From Sulfolobus acidocaldarius DSM 639 (GTDB lineage Archaea > Thermoproteota > Thermoprotei_A > Sulfolobales > Sulfolobaceae), in the NCBI RefSeq assembly GCF_000012285.1, contig NC_007181.1, positions 210,001 to 242,000 on the forward strand: 32,000 nt of DNA. Reading direction: 5' to 3'. The notes under the pieces were generated by a model, which was given only the letters and a program-made list of their open reading frames with translations, was not told the DNA's origin and did no database searches. A program made the translations under genes and the position numbers. Below, in pieces: positions 18,461 through 27,190 of the stretch. How positions within the stretch are numbered: position 1 is the stretch's first letter; each line of letters opens with the position of its first letter.

Positions 18461-19148
18461 TTAATACTAACCCATCATATGCTACTATATAATTCTTGGC
18501 TATTAATTTAACTTGATCTTCTATTTGTGAAGGTATATGTGTCATAACTAACTTGCTTGGACTCGAAAACATTGATAGTAATTGTTTAACTGATGTATGT
18601 CCATATTTAGAACACTCCTCTAAGCAACTTGCCTCATGGATAACCAAATCAGCGTCCTTAATTTCCTCCATAATTGGCTCACACGGCTGGGACGTATCTC
18701 CGGTATACACAATTTTCCTTTTATTATCGGTTATCACATACGAAACAGCGTATATTGCATGGCAAGCCTCCACAGAGTATATGTTTAAGTCTCCTACCTT
18801 CCCTTTAGGTTTACTTTCCTCGATCAACTTTATGTTTATACCATTCCATTTTTGATAAGAGCTAAGTATTTCGTATAGTCCGGGAGGAGATCTAATTTCT
18901 ACGTCAGGAAGACCGAAAATTCTTCTGTATATTAAGTGGTCAGGGATTCCGTTTATGTGGTCAATATGTAAATGTGTTACAAATATTGCAGAGAAATCCA
19001 CTAGTTCCAGGTCATCTAATTTGAAACTTGCTCCAGAACCTAAATCCAGTAGTAGTGACCCTTCACTGCCTTTCACATATATAGAGGATTTCACTCTTTT
19101 GCTCCCTTTTGTTGACCCTGCTCCAGTTCCCACAAAGACTATTTTCAC
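18453..19148 (-). CDS. MBL-fold metallo-hydrolase (RNase Z/ElaC-like small form)
   Basis: 231 aa with the HLHIDH metal-binding motif, DLGSG, and downstream TGDT and H residues. The start is GTG, and it overlaps the GATase start by 8 nt. Confidence 0.75.
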   Translation of the reverse strand: MKIVFVGTGAGSTKGSKRVKSSIYVKGSEGSLLLDLGSGASFKLDDLELVDFSAIFVTHLHIDHINGIPDHLIYRRIFGLPDVEIRSPPGLYEILSSYQKWNGINIKLIEESKPKGKVGDLNIYSVEACHAIYAVSYVITDNKRKIVYTGDTSQPCEPIMEEIKDADLVIHEASCLEECSKYGHTSVKQLLSMFSSPSKLVMTHIPSQIEDQVKLIAKNYIVAYDGLVLNV

Positions 19149-19162
19149 TTCTCGTCACTCTC

Positions 19163-19176
19163 TAAATATATTATAC
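19163..19176 (-). promoter_or_regulatory. TATA-like element (GTATAATATATTTA on the minus strand) upstream of the MBL-GATase-TnpB-like genes
   Basis: Its centre is about 22 nt upstream of GTG 19148. It is the only sizeable intergenic gap (93 bp) in the minus-strand run 16899-23144. Confidence 0.3.
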
Positions 19177-19241
19177 AGTAAGGACAAGGGCTTTTATGTT
19201 TACTATTTAACCTTTTTATTCTGACCTTATTCTTGGATTTT

Positions 19242-20108
19242 TCACTCTTTCTCAATTAGTTCACTCACCTCGCTCAACCTGGGTCCTAAGGCACCTATCC
19301 TTGTAGTTGAATACGCTGAGATTATGTTAGAGATTCTCACCGCCCTCTCTAAACTATAGCCCTTTTCAAGGTAAACTGCCAGGGATGCATTAAACACATC
19401 ACCAGCTCCTGTAGTATCAATAGCGTCTACTGCGAGTGTAGGGATTAAAATTCTCCTCTCCCTTGTGCCTATATAAGCTCCCCTTTCACCTAACGTTACT
19501 ATTACTGCTCTCTTAACTTTCTTTAAGAGTAAGTCTATTCCGTAGTTCAAATCTTGAGTACCTGTTAATTCCTTAAACTCAATTTCATTTGGAGTTAATA
19601 TGTCAACGTACTCAAGCAGGGAGTTGTCATTAAGAACAGCGGGGGCTGGATTTAGTACTTTAACACCGGGGAACTCCTTCAATGCTTTCTTGACAACGTT
19701 CTCGTTCACTTCCAATTGTGTAAGTAAAATATCTCCATTTAAACATCCATCTAAGTCGTCCTCGCTGAGGAGAGCGTTTGCTCCTCTATTCACGACTATG
19801 AAGTTCCTCCCTCTCCTATCAAAGACTATATAAGCAGACCCTGTTAACGCGTTTTTAATTTTCACATACGCAACATCTAACCTCTCGTCCTCCCAAAATT
19901 TTATAGCCCTTTTTCCGAACTCGTCATTACCCACTGCAGAGATTAACCTAACGTTTCCACCTAGTCTTGATGCAGATACAGCTTGATTTGAGCCCTTCCC
20001 TCCGTGATCTATATAGACACCATCGCTGAAAACTGTTTCTCCCTCTGACGGGAAGTCTCTAACCTTAATTAGAAAATCCACATTATAACTTCCAACGACA
20101 ACAATCAT
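19242..20108 (-). CDS. PfkB-family carbohydrate kinase (ribokinase-like)
   Basis: 288 aa with GGKGSNQAV and DTTGAGDVFNASLAVYL (the anion hole and catalytic Asp of the ribokinase family). It has an ATGA overlap with the thiDN stop. Confidence 0.8.
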   Translation of the reverse strand: MIVVVGSYNVDFLIKVRDFPSEGETVFSDGVYIDHGGKGSNQAVSASRLGGNVRLISAVGNDEFGKRAIKFWEDERLDVAYVKIKNALTGSAYIVFDRRGRNFIVVNRGANALLSEDDLDGCLNGDILLTQLEVNENVVKKALKEFPGVKVLNPAPAVLNDNSLLEYVDILTPNEIEFKELTGTQDLNYGIDLLLKKVKRAVIVTLGERGAYIGTRERRILIPTLAVDAIDTTGAGDVFNASLAVYLEKGYSLERAVRISNIISAYSTTRIGALGPRLSEVSELIEKE

Positions 20109-21313
20109 TTTGACACCCTTTTAAGTTTCTCTATCATCTCTTCTACAGTGTTAGCCGTGAGATAAGCCCTACCTTCATGTAGTATTAGGTCTCCATCAAG
20201 ACCGCTCTTTGTAATTTTTATCGTACCCTCCTGAACAGCGTTAAGTAGATTACTGTTCAAGGAAACTGATAGAACTATTCTCCTCTTATAATCCTTGGCA
20301 ATTTGCGTTACCTTATTATTGAGGTTTATTAGTACGGGTCCATCAACCTTAATCTTATCTAGATAAGGTATCGTACCCCCGGCTAATGTTGCAACGTCTT
20401 GATAACTGGTTAGAACAGCAACATTGCTCTTGTCTTCCTCTTCTAATACAGTCCTTATTAGTTTAGGGTTTCTTTCTAGTTGCCATAACAAATTCTCTGC
20501 ATCTTCCCTTGCAGTTTCTCTTTCGACTATGCTTTCCACATTAGAAAAAGGATCAACTGGACCATTCCCCTCCCCTAAATCCAAAGAGTACTCTATGGAT
20601 TTTGACACAAACTCCTTAGCCATCTTTACTGCTTCCTTGATTTTGTGACCCTTGGCTAAATACGCTGTGAGAGAGGCAGAGAACACATCTCCACTCCCAT
20701 GAGTGTTCTTAGTTTCCATCTTTTTACTCTGTAATTCGATTTCTTCTCCTTGGACAATGGCATAATCGATTCCTCCCAAGCTTCCCCCTCCCTTTACAAC
20801 AACATCGACACCATACTTAGTATAGATCTCACGAGCAGTATTTTTAAGGTCTAGTATGTTCTCGATTTTTCTTCCCACTATTTTCTCAGCTTCAAACTTA
20901 TTTGGAGTGAGTATTATGGATTCCCTTATCAACTCCTTCAAAGCTGACACGGTATCCTCTGTTACCAATAGGTCACCTGATTTAGCTACCATTACCGGAT
21001 CGAGTACTAGCCTTATGTTGTATTCCCTTACCTTTTTCCTCACTACTTCAACTATACGGGAGTTAGCTAGCATTCCCGTTTTTGCGTATTCGGGCTTCAG
21101 GTCGGTCATAATTACATCTATTTGAGACTCCACAAAATCTGGAGGAACTTCAAGGACTTTGAATACACCTTTAGTGTTTTGTGCAGTTAAGCCTGTGACT
21201 ACTACTGTCCCGAATACGCCTAATGTTGTGAAAGTTTTCAGATCAGCTTGTAATCCTGCACCCCCACCTGAATCACTGCCTGCTATTGTCATGACTACAG
21301 GTCTTTTCCTCAC
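20105..21313 (-). CDS. thiDN: Bifunctional HMP/HMP-P kinase with a ThiN thiamine-phosphate synthase domain (archaeal ThiDN)
   Basis: The N-terminal TIAGSDSGGGAGLQADLKTF and THGSGDVFSA motifs indicate ThiD. An extra C-terminal domain of about 130 aa, as in archaeal ThiDN fusions, follows. The start is GTG at 21313. Confidence 0.8.
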   Translation of the reverse strand: MRKRPVVMTIAGSDSGGGAGLQADLKTFTTLGVFGTVVVTGLTAQNTKGVFKVLEVPPDFVESQIDVIMTDLKPEYAKTGMLANSRIVEVVRKKVREYNIRLVLDPVMVAKSGDLLVTEDTVSALKELIRESIILTPNKFEAEKIVGRKIENILDLKNTAREIYTKYGVDVVVKGGGSLGGIDYAIVQGEEIELQSKKMETKNTHGSGDVFSASLTAYLAKGHKIKEAVKMAKEFVSKSIEYSLDLGEGNGPVDPFSNVESIVERETAREDAENLLWQLERNPKLIRTVLEEEDKSNVAVLTSYQDVATLAGGTIPYLDKIKVDGPVLINLNNKVTQIAKDYKRRIVLSVSLNSNLLNAVQEGTIKITKSGLDGDLILHEGRAYLTANTVEEMIEKLKRVSK

Positions 21314-21353
21314 AAATAATTAGAGTGAAGGGCATGAATAAAAATAATTCTAG

Positions 21354-21965
21354 TCACTTTATTTTCTTATAGGGACACAAAGTCTTAAAGGCACAATATT
21401 CACATTCCCAGGAATAACGTGGAGCTATCTTAGCCTTCAACGTCTCTTCTGCTAATCTTATTATAGTTACCTCCTCTGCGGGTTCGTTTACTGAGTATTC
21501 GGTGACCCTATCTGGTGTTATGTATACCAAAAGTCCTCTCTTTATCCCAAAAAGCCAGAGGTAAATTTGCAGTTGATATTTGTGATGTTCATGCGGTAGG
21601 CTTCTGTCTGCCCTAGCACTCTTTATTTCAACTATGACCTTTTCGTCGTTTATCTGTATTATGGCGTCTGCTCTACCCTTAATCTTTATCTCCTTTCCGT
21701 CTACCGGAATAGTCTTCTCTCCTTCAACTTCGATTTGAGAGTTGGGGTACACACTCTTTATGAATTCCTGTAGTCCTAAATGAACAAGGTCTCCTAGCAT
21801 AGTAGCTGGGGTGAACGCTTCAGATAGTGCGATCTCTTTATACATGGTCTCAAATCTAAGTTTCATGGGGCATCTCAGTAGGTCTGTAACGTATAATACT
21901 CCCTCTTCTCTTTGGTGGGACATATAGTCCTTTATTTTGGAATTTATAAGAGCCTCGATCAGCAT
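21354..21965 (-). CDS. cas4: Stand-alone Cas4-like PD-(D/E)XK exonuclease with four Fe-S cysteines (DUF83)
   Basis: 203 aa. It has an N-terminal Cys (LLRCP), GRADAI, VEIKSAR, YQLQIY (QxxxY) and a C-terminal CEYCAFKTLC, which together match the Cas4/RecB motifs. No cas genes or CRISPR array are present in the window. Confidence 0.75.
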   Translation of the reverse strand: MLIEALINSKIKDYMSHQREEGVLYVTDLLRCPMKLRFETMYKEIALSEAFTPATMLGDLVHLGLQEFIKSVYPNSQIEVEGEKTIPVDGKEIKIKGRADAIIQINDEKVIVEIKSARADRSLPHEHHKYQLQIYLWLFGIKRGLLVYITPDRVTEYSVNEPAEEVTIIRLAEETLKAKIAPRYSWECEYCAFKTLCPYKKIK

Positions 21966-21968
21966 AAA

Positions 21969-23144
21969 CTACACCTCAGGTACTGATATCTTCCCACTTC
22001 TCTCCGTCTTTATCCAAACTCTTGGAACTCTCACTATTTCCAAGAATACTGCTGTGACATTTAATAACATTACGAAATTCATGTAAATGAGGGATAGTAT
22101 AGAGTATTGATATTCAATTAAGTGTTTCCTCGATATTCCAACTGCCGTTATGAAAGACAAAAGAGTCGCCGTGGAAACAATTACCATGGTCACAACGAAA
22201 AGCGGGGTCTGATATATTAGGACTAAGGAGTAATTTACAAGGTTCATCAACATAAATATAGGAGTTCCTATAAGGAGTATTCCGTCAAATATCCTGGGGT
22301 CAATCTTCTTGGGCATGGATAATGAAATTTCAAAGTGTCCCCTGTACCACCTCAACCTCTGCTTTATTAACCATCTCAAACTACTGGCTACTTCTCTCCA
22401 TGCAACCACATTAGGGTTATACATTATTTTGTAACCAGCACTAGTCAGTTTTACACTCAAATCCAAATCTTCGGTTAAGCTATATTCATTCCATCCCCCC
22501 ATCTCCTCTATAATGGATTTTTTAACGAATGTGCAAGTACCTTCTAAGGGGACAAACAATCCAAATCTGGCTCTTCCACCAATAGAGTACTCATTAAAAA
22601 GCTCTTCAAGGCTGGCAAATCTCGCTATTATACTTTCCCTAACATTTATTGGAATTAACTTTCCTTGAACAGCTACAACGTTATCTGAATCAAAGGATCC
22701 TGACACATAGCTTAAAACATCTAACCTAGGAAACGTGTCTGCGTCAAATACTCCTATTATATCAAATTTTGCAAGTTTCATGGCATAGTTCAACGCCCTG
22801 CTCTTTCCATTAGGAACATTAGATTTGTCCAGCTTGACACATCTCACATTATCGTAATTCTCCTCGTAGTTTTTACAAATTTGAAAAGTCCTGTCTGTTG
22901 ATCCGTCCTCCACAACTATAATCTCGTATTTAGATTTATCATATTCTTGGTTTATCAGCCGATCAAGGAGTCTGCCTAAAACCTTCTCCTCATTTTTTGC
23001 TGGCACTAGAATAGAGAAAGTTTTATCGCTGTACTCTATTTTTTGGTTTACCCTCCAAGTAAGCCCATAGAATGATAGAGCACTGTTATAAATGTTCCAT
23101 GATGAAACTAATATGCTAAAGAATACTACGATTTCATTAAGCAT
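21969..23144 (-). CDS. Membrane-bound family 2 glycosyltransferase (processive-type)
   Basis: It has an N-terminal TM helix, LVPAKNEE, VVEDGSTD, FDAD (DxD) and QRLRWYRGH (the Q(R/Q)xRW motif), plus C-terminal TM helices. Confidence 0.8.
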   Translation of the reverse strand: MLNEIVVFFSILVSSWNIYNSALSFYGLTWRVNQKIEYSDKTFSILVPAKNEEKVLGRLLDRLINQEYDKSKYEIIVVEDGSTDRTFQICKNYEENYDNVRCVKLDKSNVPNGKSRALNYAMKLAKFDIIGVFDADTFPRLDVLSYVSGSFDSDNVVAVQGKLIPINVRESIIARFASLEELFNEYSIGGRARFGLFVPLEGTCTFVKKSIIEEMGGWNEYSLTEDLDLSVKLTSAGYKIMYNPNVVAWREVASSLRWLIKQRLRWYRGHFEISLSMPKKIDPRIFDGILLIGTPIFMLMNLVNYSLVLIYQTPLFVVTMVIVSTATLLSFITAVGISRKHLIEYQYSILSLIYMNFVMLLNVTAVFLEIVRVPRVWIKTERSGKISVPEV

Positions 23145-23162
23145 TGATAATCCTTTTCCAAT

Positions 23163-23175
23163 CTATATATTAAAA
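23163..23175 (-). promoter_or_regulatory. A/T-rich TATA element shared by the divergent GT2 and 110-aa ORF promoters
   Basis: The ctatatattaaaa element is centred about 24 nt upstream of the GT2 ATG (23144). The intergenic spacer is only 38 bp. Confidence 0.3.
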
Positions 23176-23182
23176 CTCTTTC

Positions 23183-23515
23183 GTGGTATTAGACTATAAT
23201 ACTGGGATTAGGAGTTACCTTAATACACTGCCCTTTAGCGTAAAAGAGAAAATGCCCAATATATGTATTGTGAGAGAGCTACTGGGTGACTACGAGAAGA
23301 GGGGGGAGAGCCTGAAAAGACTAGGCAAGTTCGTGGCACTAGTACTAGACGATCCATTCCATGCAACAACAGTAACCGGACTAGCACTTTACGGCATGGG
23401 TAAAATAGCAGAGAGAAGAACAAACTACGGTCTAAGACTTGCATATATGAGTGTCAGGGAAGGAGAGAAAGCCATAAGAGAAGGGTTATTAGACATAATG
23501 TCTTTAAGGTTCTAA
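23183..23515 (+). CDS. Hypothetical protein (110 aa from GTG; 87 aa if ATG 23252 is used)
   Basis: The ORF has protein-like composition and lies directly upstream (16 nt) of the UPF0282 gene. I recognise no family. The start is uncertain given the TATA position. Confidence 0.45.
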   Translation: MVLDYNTGIRSYLNTLPFSVKEKMPNICIVRELLGDYEKRGESLKRLGKFVALVLDDPFHATTVTGLALYGMGKIAERRTNYGLRLAYMSVREGEKAIREGLLDIMSLRF

Positions 23516-23531
23516 GGAGATAAAATAATAA

Positions 23532-24461
23532 ATGGAATTTACACCTTTAGCATTTGAGAGCCTTGGAGTAAGGTCGCAGGCAACACTGGTAGAGACAAAG
23601 GATGTGAGAATACTGATAGACCCTGCGGTATCCTTAGCTCCAAGGAGGTTTGGCTTACCCCCTCACCAGATCGAGGTCGACAGGCTCACGGAACTGGCAA
23701 AGAAAATATATGAGGAGGCAAAAATTGCGGACATCATAATAATAACCCACTATCATTACGATCACCATGATCCAGGATATGTCATCCCACTAGACATATA
23801 CCAAAACAAGACTGTGTACATTAAGGACCCACAAAACTTTATAAACCCAAGCCAAAAGTTCAGGAGAGCTCCACGCTTCATTAAGACGATAACGGGAAAG
23901 CCTAAAACAATGGAAAGTGCAGACGGTAAAGTTGTAAAGTATGGCTCAACAACTATTCAATTTTCAAAAGCCGTTCCTCATGGTGCCGATGAGAGACTAG
24001 GATATGTGATACAAGTAGCTATAAATGACAAGGACTCAACTATACTATTCACGTCTGACATAGAAGGAGCACCAAAGAATTCACATATAGACTTCATTAA
24101 GTCAGTGAGACCAAATTTCCTCATAATAGATGGACCATTAAGTTACCTACTAGGAAGAGCACTGTCACAGGATGAACTTGATACAGAGATAAAGAACATG
24201 GAAGAAGTGGTGAGAAATGGTTTACAGTATGCTATAATTGATCATCATGTACTCAGGGATCCGAACTACGAAAGTGTGTTGAAACCTGTGAAAGAGGTTG
24301 CAAACAGCGTAGGTTGTAAAGTAATTTCGGCTTCAGAGTATCTGAGGGAACCACCTCAGCTACTCGAGGCTAAAAGAAGAGAACTATTCCAAAGAGACAA
24401 TAGACCTGCTAAAATACCTAGGGGTTTAGCTAAATTACTAAGTGCTGGGGAAGGGGGATAA
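23532..24461 (+). CDS. UPF0282-family MBL-fold protein (archaeal)
   Basis: The N-terminal [37 protein letters not shown] and [11 protein letters not shown] motifs match the archaeal UPF0282 family as I recall it. Confidence 0.75.
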   Translation: MEFTPLAFESLGVRSQATLVETKDVRILIDPAVSLAPRRFGLPPHQIEVDRLTELAKKIYEEAKIADIIIITHYHYDHHDPGYVIPLDIYQNKTVYIKDPQNFINPSQKFRRAPRFIKTITGKPKTMESADGKVVKYGSTTIQFSKAVPHGADERLGYVIQVAINDKDSTILFTSDIEGAPKNSHIDFIKSVRPNFLIIDGPLSYLLGRALSQDELDTEIKNMEEVVRNGLQYAIIDHHVLRDPNYESVLKPVKEVANSVGCKVISASEYLREPPQLLEAKRRELFQRDNRPAKIPRGLAKLLSAGEGG

Positions 24462-25188
24462 AGTAAGATATTATCATACCGGCGAAATAACTACCTATCA
24501 GTGCAATTAACCCTGTGCCAATCTGCTCAAAGGCACCTCTACTCTTACTGAGACCGGTATACTTAGTAGATAAGACACCGAAAATAGCCAATGTAACAAG
24601 TATAACAGCCATTGAGGACACAACTAGATATAGAAATGGTATTGAAAAGAACATTCCCAATATAAATGGTATTAGTGGTATAATACCACCGACTATTAAG
24701 TAAAAAGACATTAGAAATCCTAACTTTACTGGACTCTCAAATTCCTCTGGTGTCATCTTTAACTCGTGGATTAACATCTCCTGTAGTACAACGTACTTAT
24801 TGGTCATTATCTTGTTAGCAATTTTTTCAGCTTCACTCTCTGTTAACCCCTTCTGCATATAAAATGATTTAAGTTCTTCTTTTTCTTTCTCAGGATAGTT
24901 TTCTATTTCGAACTTCTCCTTCTTTATTTCATTCTCTATTATTTGTGATCTGACTCTAGTGGATATGTATTCCCCTACGCCCATGGAGAAAGCCTGGGCT
25001 ATAGTCGCGAGTAAACCTGTTACTAATACTATTAAAGGATCGTGAGAGTAACCTGATGCGCCAGATATTAGGGCGCCTACTCCTATGAGTCCATCTTGTA
25101 TTCCGAAAACTTTAGTTCTGAAGATATCAGCTTCATGTGTATTATGAACAATTGGCTCCTCCATTATATTCATGGTTAGACTTTGCAT
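24430..25188 (-). CDS. VIT1/CCC1-family iron/manganese transporter
   Basis: 252 aa with [15 protein letters not shown], an acidic cytoplasmic helix region (EKEKEELK..) and C-terminal TM helices, as in the VIT family. Its 3' end overlaps the UPF0282 3' end by 32 nt. Confidence 0.7.
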   Translation of the reverse strand: MQSLTMNIMEEPIVHNTHEADIFRTKVFGIQDGLIGVGALISGASGYSHDPLIVLVTGLLATIAQAFSMGVGEYISTRVRSQIIENEIKKEKFEIENYPEKEKEELKSFYMQKGLTESEAEKIANKIMTNKYVVLQEMLIHELKMTPEEFESPVKLGFLMSFYLIVGGIIPLIPFILGMFFSIPFLYLVVSSMAVILVTLAIFGVLSTKYTGLSKSRGAFEQIGTGLIALIGSYFAGMIISYFIPLPQHLVI

Positions 25189-25257
25189 TTTTAAACTATT
25201 CTTGAATTACGCCCCATCATAATTAGTAATACAGTAATACGACAAATCATAATTAGC

Positions 25258-25728
25258 TTAGGGGACAGCGTATTCCTCTCCGTCCTTCTTAAGGAAATTG
25301 GAGTATATACCCCATTCAGTCAATATTATCTCCAGATCTCTTAGCCCTGATGGACTACTGTATAATGTAATTCCCTTCTCTTCAAGTGACTTCAGCAAAT
25401 CCTCAGTCTTAAATCTCTTTAAATCCTTGGCTGTTTTGAAAGGTTCTATTCTATCTAAGGATTCCCTTAATAACTCTTTTCTTCTTTTAATATTTCCTTT
25501 GATAAACTCTATTCCCTTATCTGTTATTATAGTATCCCCTTCAACTAGGTTAATAAAACCCATGGAGTTTGCCGCGTAAAGAATAGGCATTAGTTCATCA
25601 ATGTCGACCTCCAGTTCCTTCTCTAGAACGTAAACGTCAGCTTTTCCATCAAAAGTGTTGTATAGAACTGAAAGTAATCCTAATAGGTCTGCTACTCTTG
25701 CATCCGGATGTAAGGGTCCCTCTACCAT
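25258..25728 (-). CDS. Stand-alone AAA-associated (AAA_assoc_C / COG4754-like) domain protein
   Basis: 156 aa. The segment ARVADLLGLLSVLYNTFDGKADVYVLEKELEVDIDELMPILYAANSMGFINLVEGDTIITDKG resembles the domain usually fused to the C-terminus of NitT/TauT-type ABC ATPases (from memory). Confidence 0.5.
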   Translation of the reverse strand: MVEGPLHPDARVADLLGLLSVLYNTFDGKADVYVLEKELEVDIDELMPILYAANSMGFINLVEGDTIITDKGIEFIKGNIKRRKELLRESLDRIEPFKTAKDLKRFKTEDLLKSLEEKGITLYSSPSGLRDLEIILTEWGIYSNFLKKDGEEYAVP

Positions 25729-25768
25729 TCAATTTCATTATTTAATCTAAAACTATTTTAAACTTTTC

Positions 25769-27157
25769 CTAAGCTTCATATTCAACTGGATCTTTCAATC
25801 CGTTTACCTCAAATGCAACTTTTCTCATATAGCATGGACCGCATTTGCCACAGTGCTTATTACCTCCCTCGTAACAACTCCAAGTTAAATGTAAGGGGGC
25901 ATCAATCTGGACACCTAGTTTAACTATTTCGTGTTTCACTAAATTCCCAACAGGCATTAACACTTCTACTTTCTTATTGGGACCAACAGCGTATGGTACC
26001 AGCCTAGAGAACATCCTTACGAATTCCATCTCGTTATCAGGATATGCCCCAGCTTCCTCTAAGTTTATACCTGATGCGATTGCGTCAAAACCGTAAGCTT
26101 CAGCCATTGCCAAAGCCACTGAGAAGAATATCAAGTTTCTAGCTGGAACCCACTCATGGGCAAACTCAGCACCCTCTTCTCCCTTCCTATCTTTCACTAT
26201 CTCTCCACTACTACCTTTTATTAGGGTTGAATGACCCACAATTTTGAATAAGTCTGTATCTATTTCTACAAAAGGAACGTTCAGGTACTCGGAGATTTTT
26301 CTCACGGCTTCCCTCTCTTTTTCCTCTGCCTTGTGATGATAATTGAAGTGAAGAAGTGTGACCTCGTGACCTTGCCTGACTAGGTAAGTTGCAGCTACAG
26401 TTGAATCTAGACCACCACTTGCAACTACTAAAATTCTCTTCTTATTCTTCTCTTTCAGTAGTGGAACTTTCCTGATCTCAAGTTTGTCATCAACCATGAC
26501 AACAGAATAGGGATCTAACTTTGTTACGTTGTCAAGCTCGGTTGCGTCAAAGTAATCATCTAAAGATGTAAAGAACACAGCCCCTAGATCTCTATCATAC
26601 ATCATGTAGACAGGCTTGAAGTTTTGGGCTATAAATATCCTGTCTGGATTCTTTTTATCTCCTATAACTAGCGCGAAACTTCCTCTAATACTATTTAGAA
26701 TTTCCGATAATGAGTCCAAGTTACCATTCCATGACCTGTCTAGTACAGGTGGGAGTACTGAACTGTCTATTCTTGATAACTTAGATACTTTATACTTCTT
26801 CTCTAATTCCATGTCATTGGCTATTATACCGTTATGTGTGACAACAAATCTTTCTCCCTCAAAGGGTTGTATGTCATTTTCAGTTTTACGTCTCACGTAT
26901 TCAGTTGTCGGTTCAGCCCTATTGTTGGCTATAACCACTTTACTGTTCTCATCAAGTATCCCGTATAATTTTTCCTCTTGAAGAGATGGCTTTCCCACAT
27001 GCTTTGAGGACTTAGTAGACCCGTCCTTTTGAATTACGACAATTCCAAAACTGTCTCTGCCTCTGTCCTCAGCCCTGATTAAGATTTTAGCTAATTTCTT
27101 CTCGATTTCCTTATAATTGTGAGGATTTAGAATTAATACTCCGGTTACACTACACAT
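25769..27157 (-). CDS. GAT-QueC fusion: class II glutamine amidotransferase plus QueC-like PP-loop ATPase (proposed crenarchaeal archaeosine-synthase type)
   Basis: The N-terminal MCSVTG provides the Cys2 Ntn nucleophile. The C-terminal half has SGGLDS (PP-loop), VPARNL, and the WSCY..CGKCGPC Zn-cysteine cluster of QueC. Confidence 0.8.
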   Translation of the reverse strand: MCSVTGVLILNPHNYKEIEKKLAKILIRAEDRGRDSFGIVVIQKDGSTKSSKHVGKPSLQEEKLYGILDENSKVVIANNRAEPTTEYVRRKTENDIQPFEGERFVVTHNGIIANDMELEKKYKVSKLSRIDSSVLPPVLDRSWNGNLDSLSEILNSIRGSFALVIGDKKNPDRIFIAQNFKPVYMMYDRDLGAVFFTSLDDYFDATELDNVTKLDPYSVVMVDDKLEIRKVPLLKEKNKKRILVVASGGLDSTVAATYLVRQGHEVTLLHFNYHHKAEEKEREAVRKISEYLNVPFVEIDTDLFKIVGHSTLIKGSSGEIVKDRKGEEGAEFAHEWVPARNLIFFSVALAMAEAYGFDAIASGINLEEAGAYPDNEMEFVRMFSRLVPYAVGPNKKVEVLMPVGNLVKHEIVKLGVQIDAPLHLTWSCYEGGNKHCGKCGPCYMRKVAFEVNGLKDPVEYEA

Positions 27158-27190
27158 GGTTAGGAAAATAGGAAAGGAGGAGTAATAAAA
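27158..27190. promoter_or_regulatory. 33-bp divergent intergenic region holding back-to-back A/T elements for GAT-QueC and the helicase
   Basis: The sequence is ggttaggaaaataggaaaggaggagtaataaaa. The ttttatta element (minus strand) lies about 25-30 nt upstream of the QueC ATG, and gaaaatag lies about 25 nt upstream of the helicase TTG. Confidence 0.3.

Noticed and set aside
21354-21965. Taking the Cas4-like gene as evidence of a CRISPR-Cas locus.
   Set aside because: Nothing resembling regularly spaced direct repeats caught my eye on a by-eye pass through the window, and no cas1, cas2 or effector genes are present. Stand-alone Cas4/DUF83 paralogues are known in Sulfolobales.
23099-23105. Isolated C-box-like motifs (AUGAUGA or GUGAUGA) at 23099, 26335 and 30327 on the plus strand, and at about 16086 and about 18275 on the minus strand.
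   Set aside because: All lie within coding sequence, and none has a CUGA D or D' box at the required spacing of about 12 nt.
23230-23515. A purine-rich stretch of higher GC content, considered as a possible structured ncRNA such as SRP or RNase P RNA.
   Set aside because: I could not trace any extended helices or conserved SRP or RNase P motifs. The region carries an uninterrupted ORF with protein-like composition.
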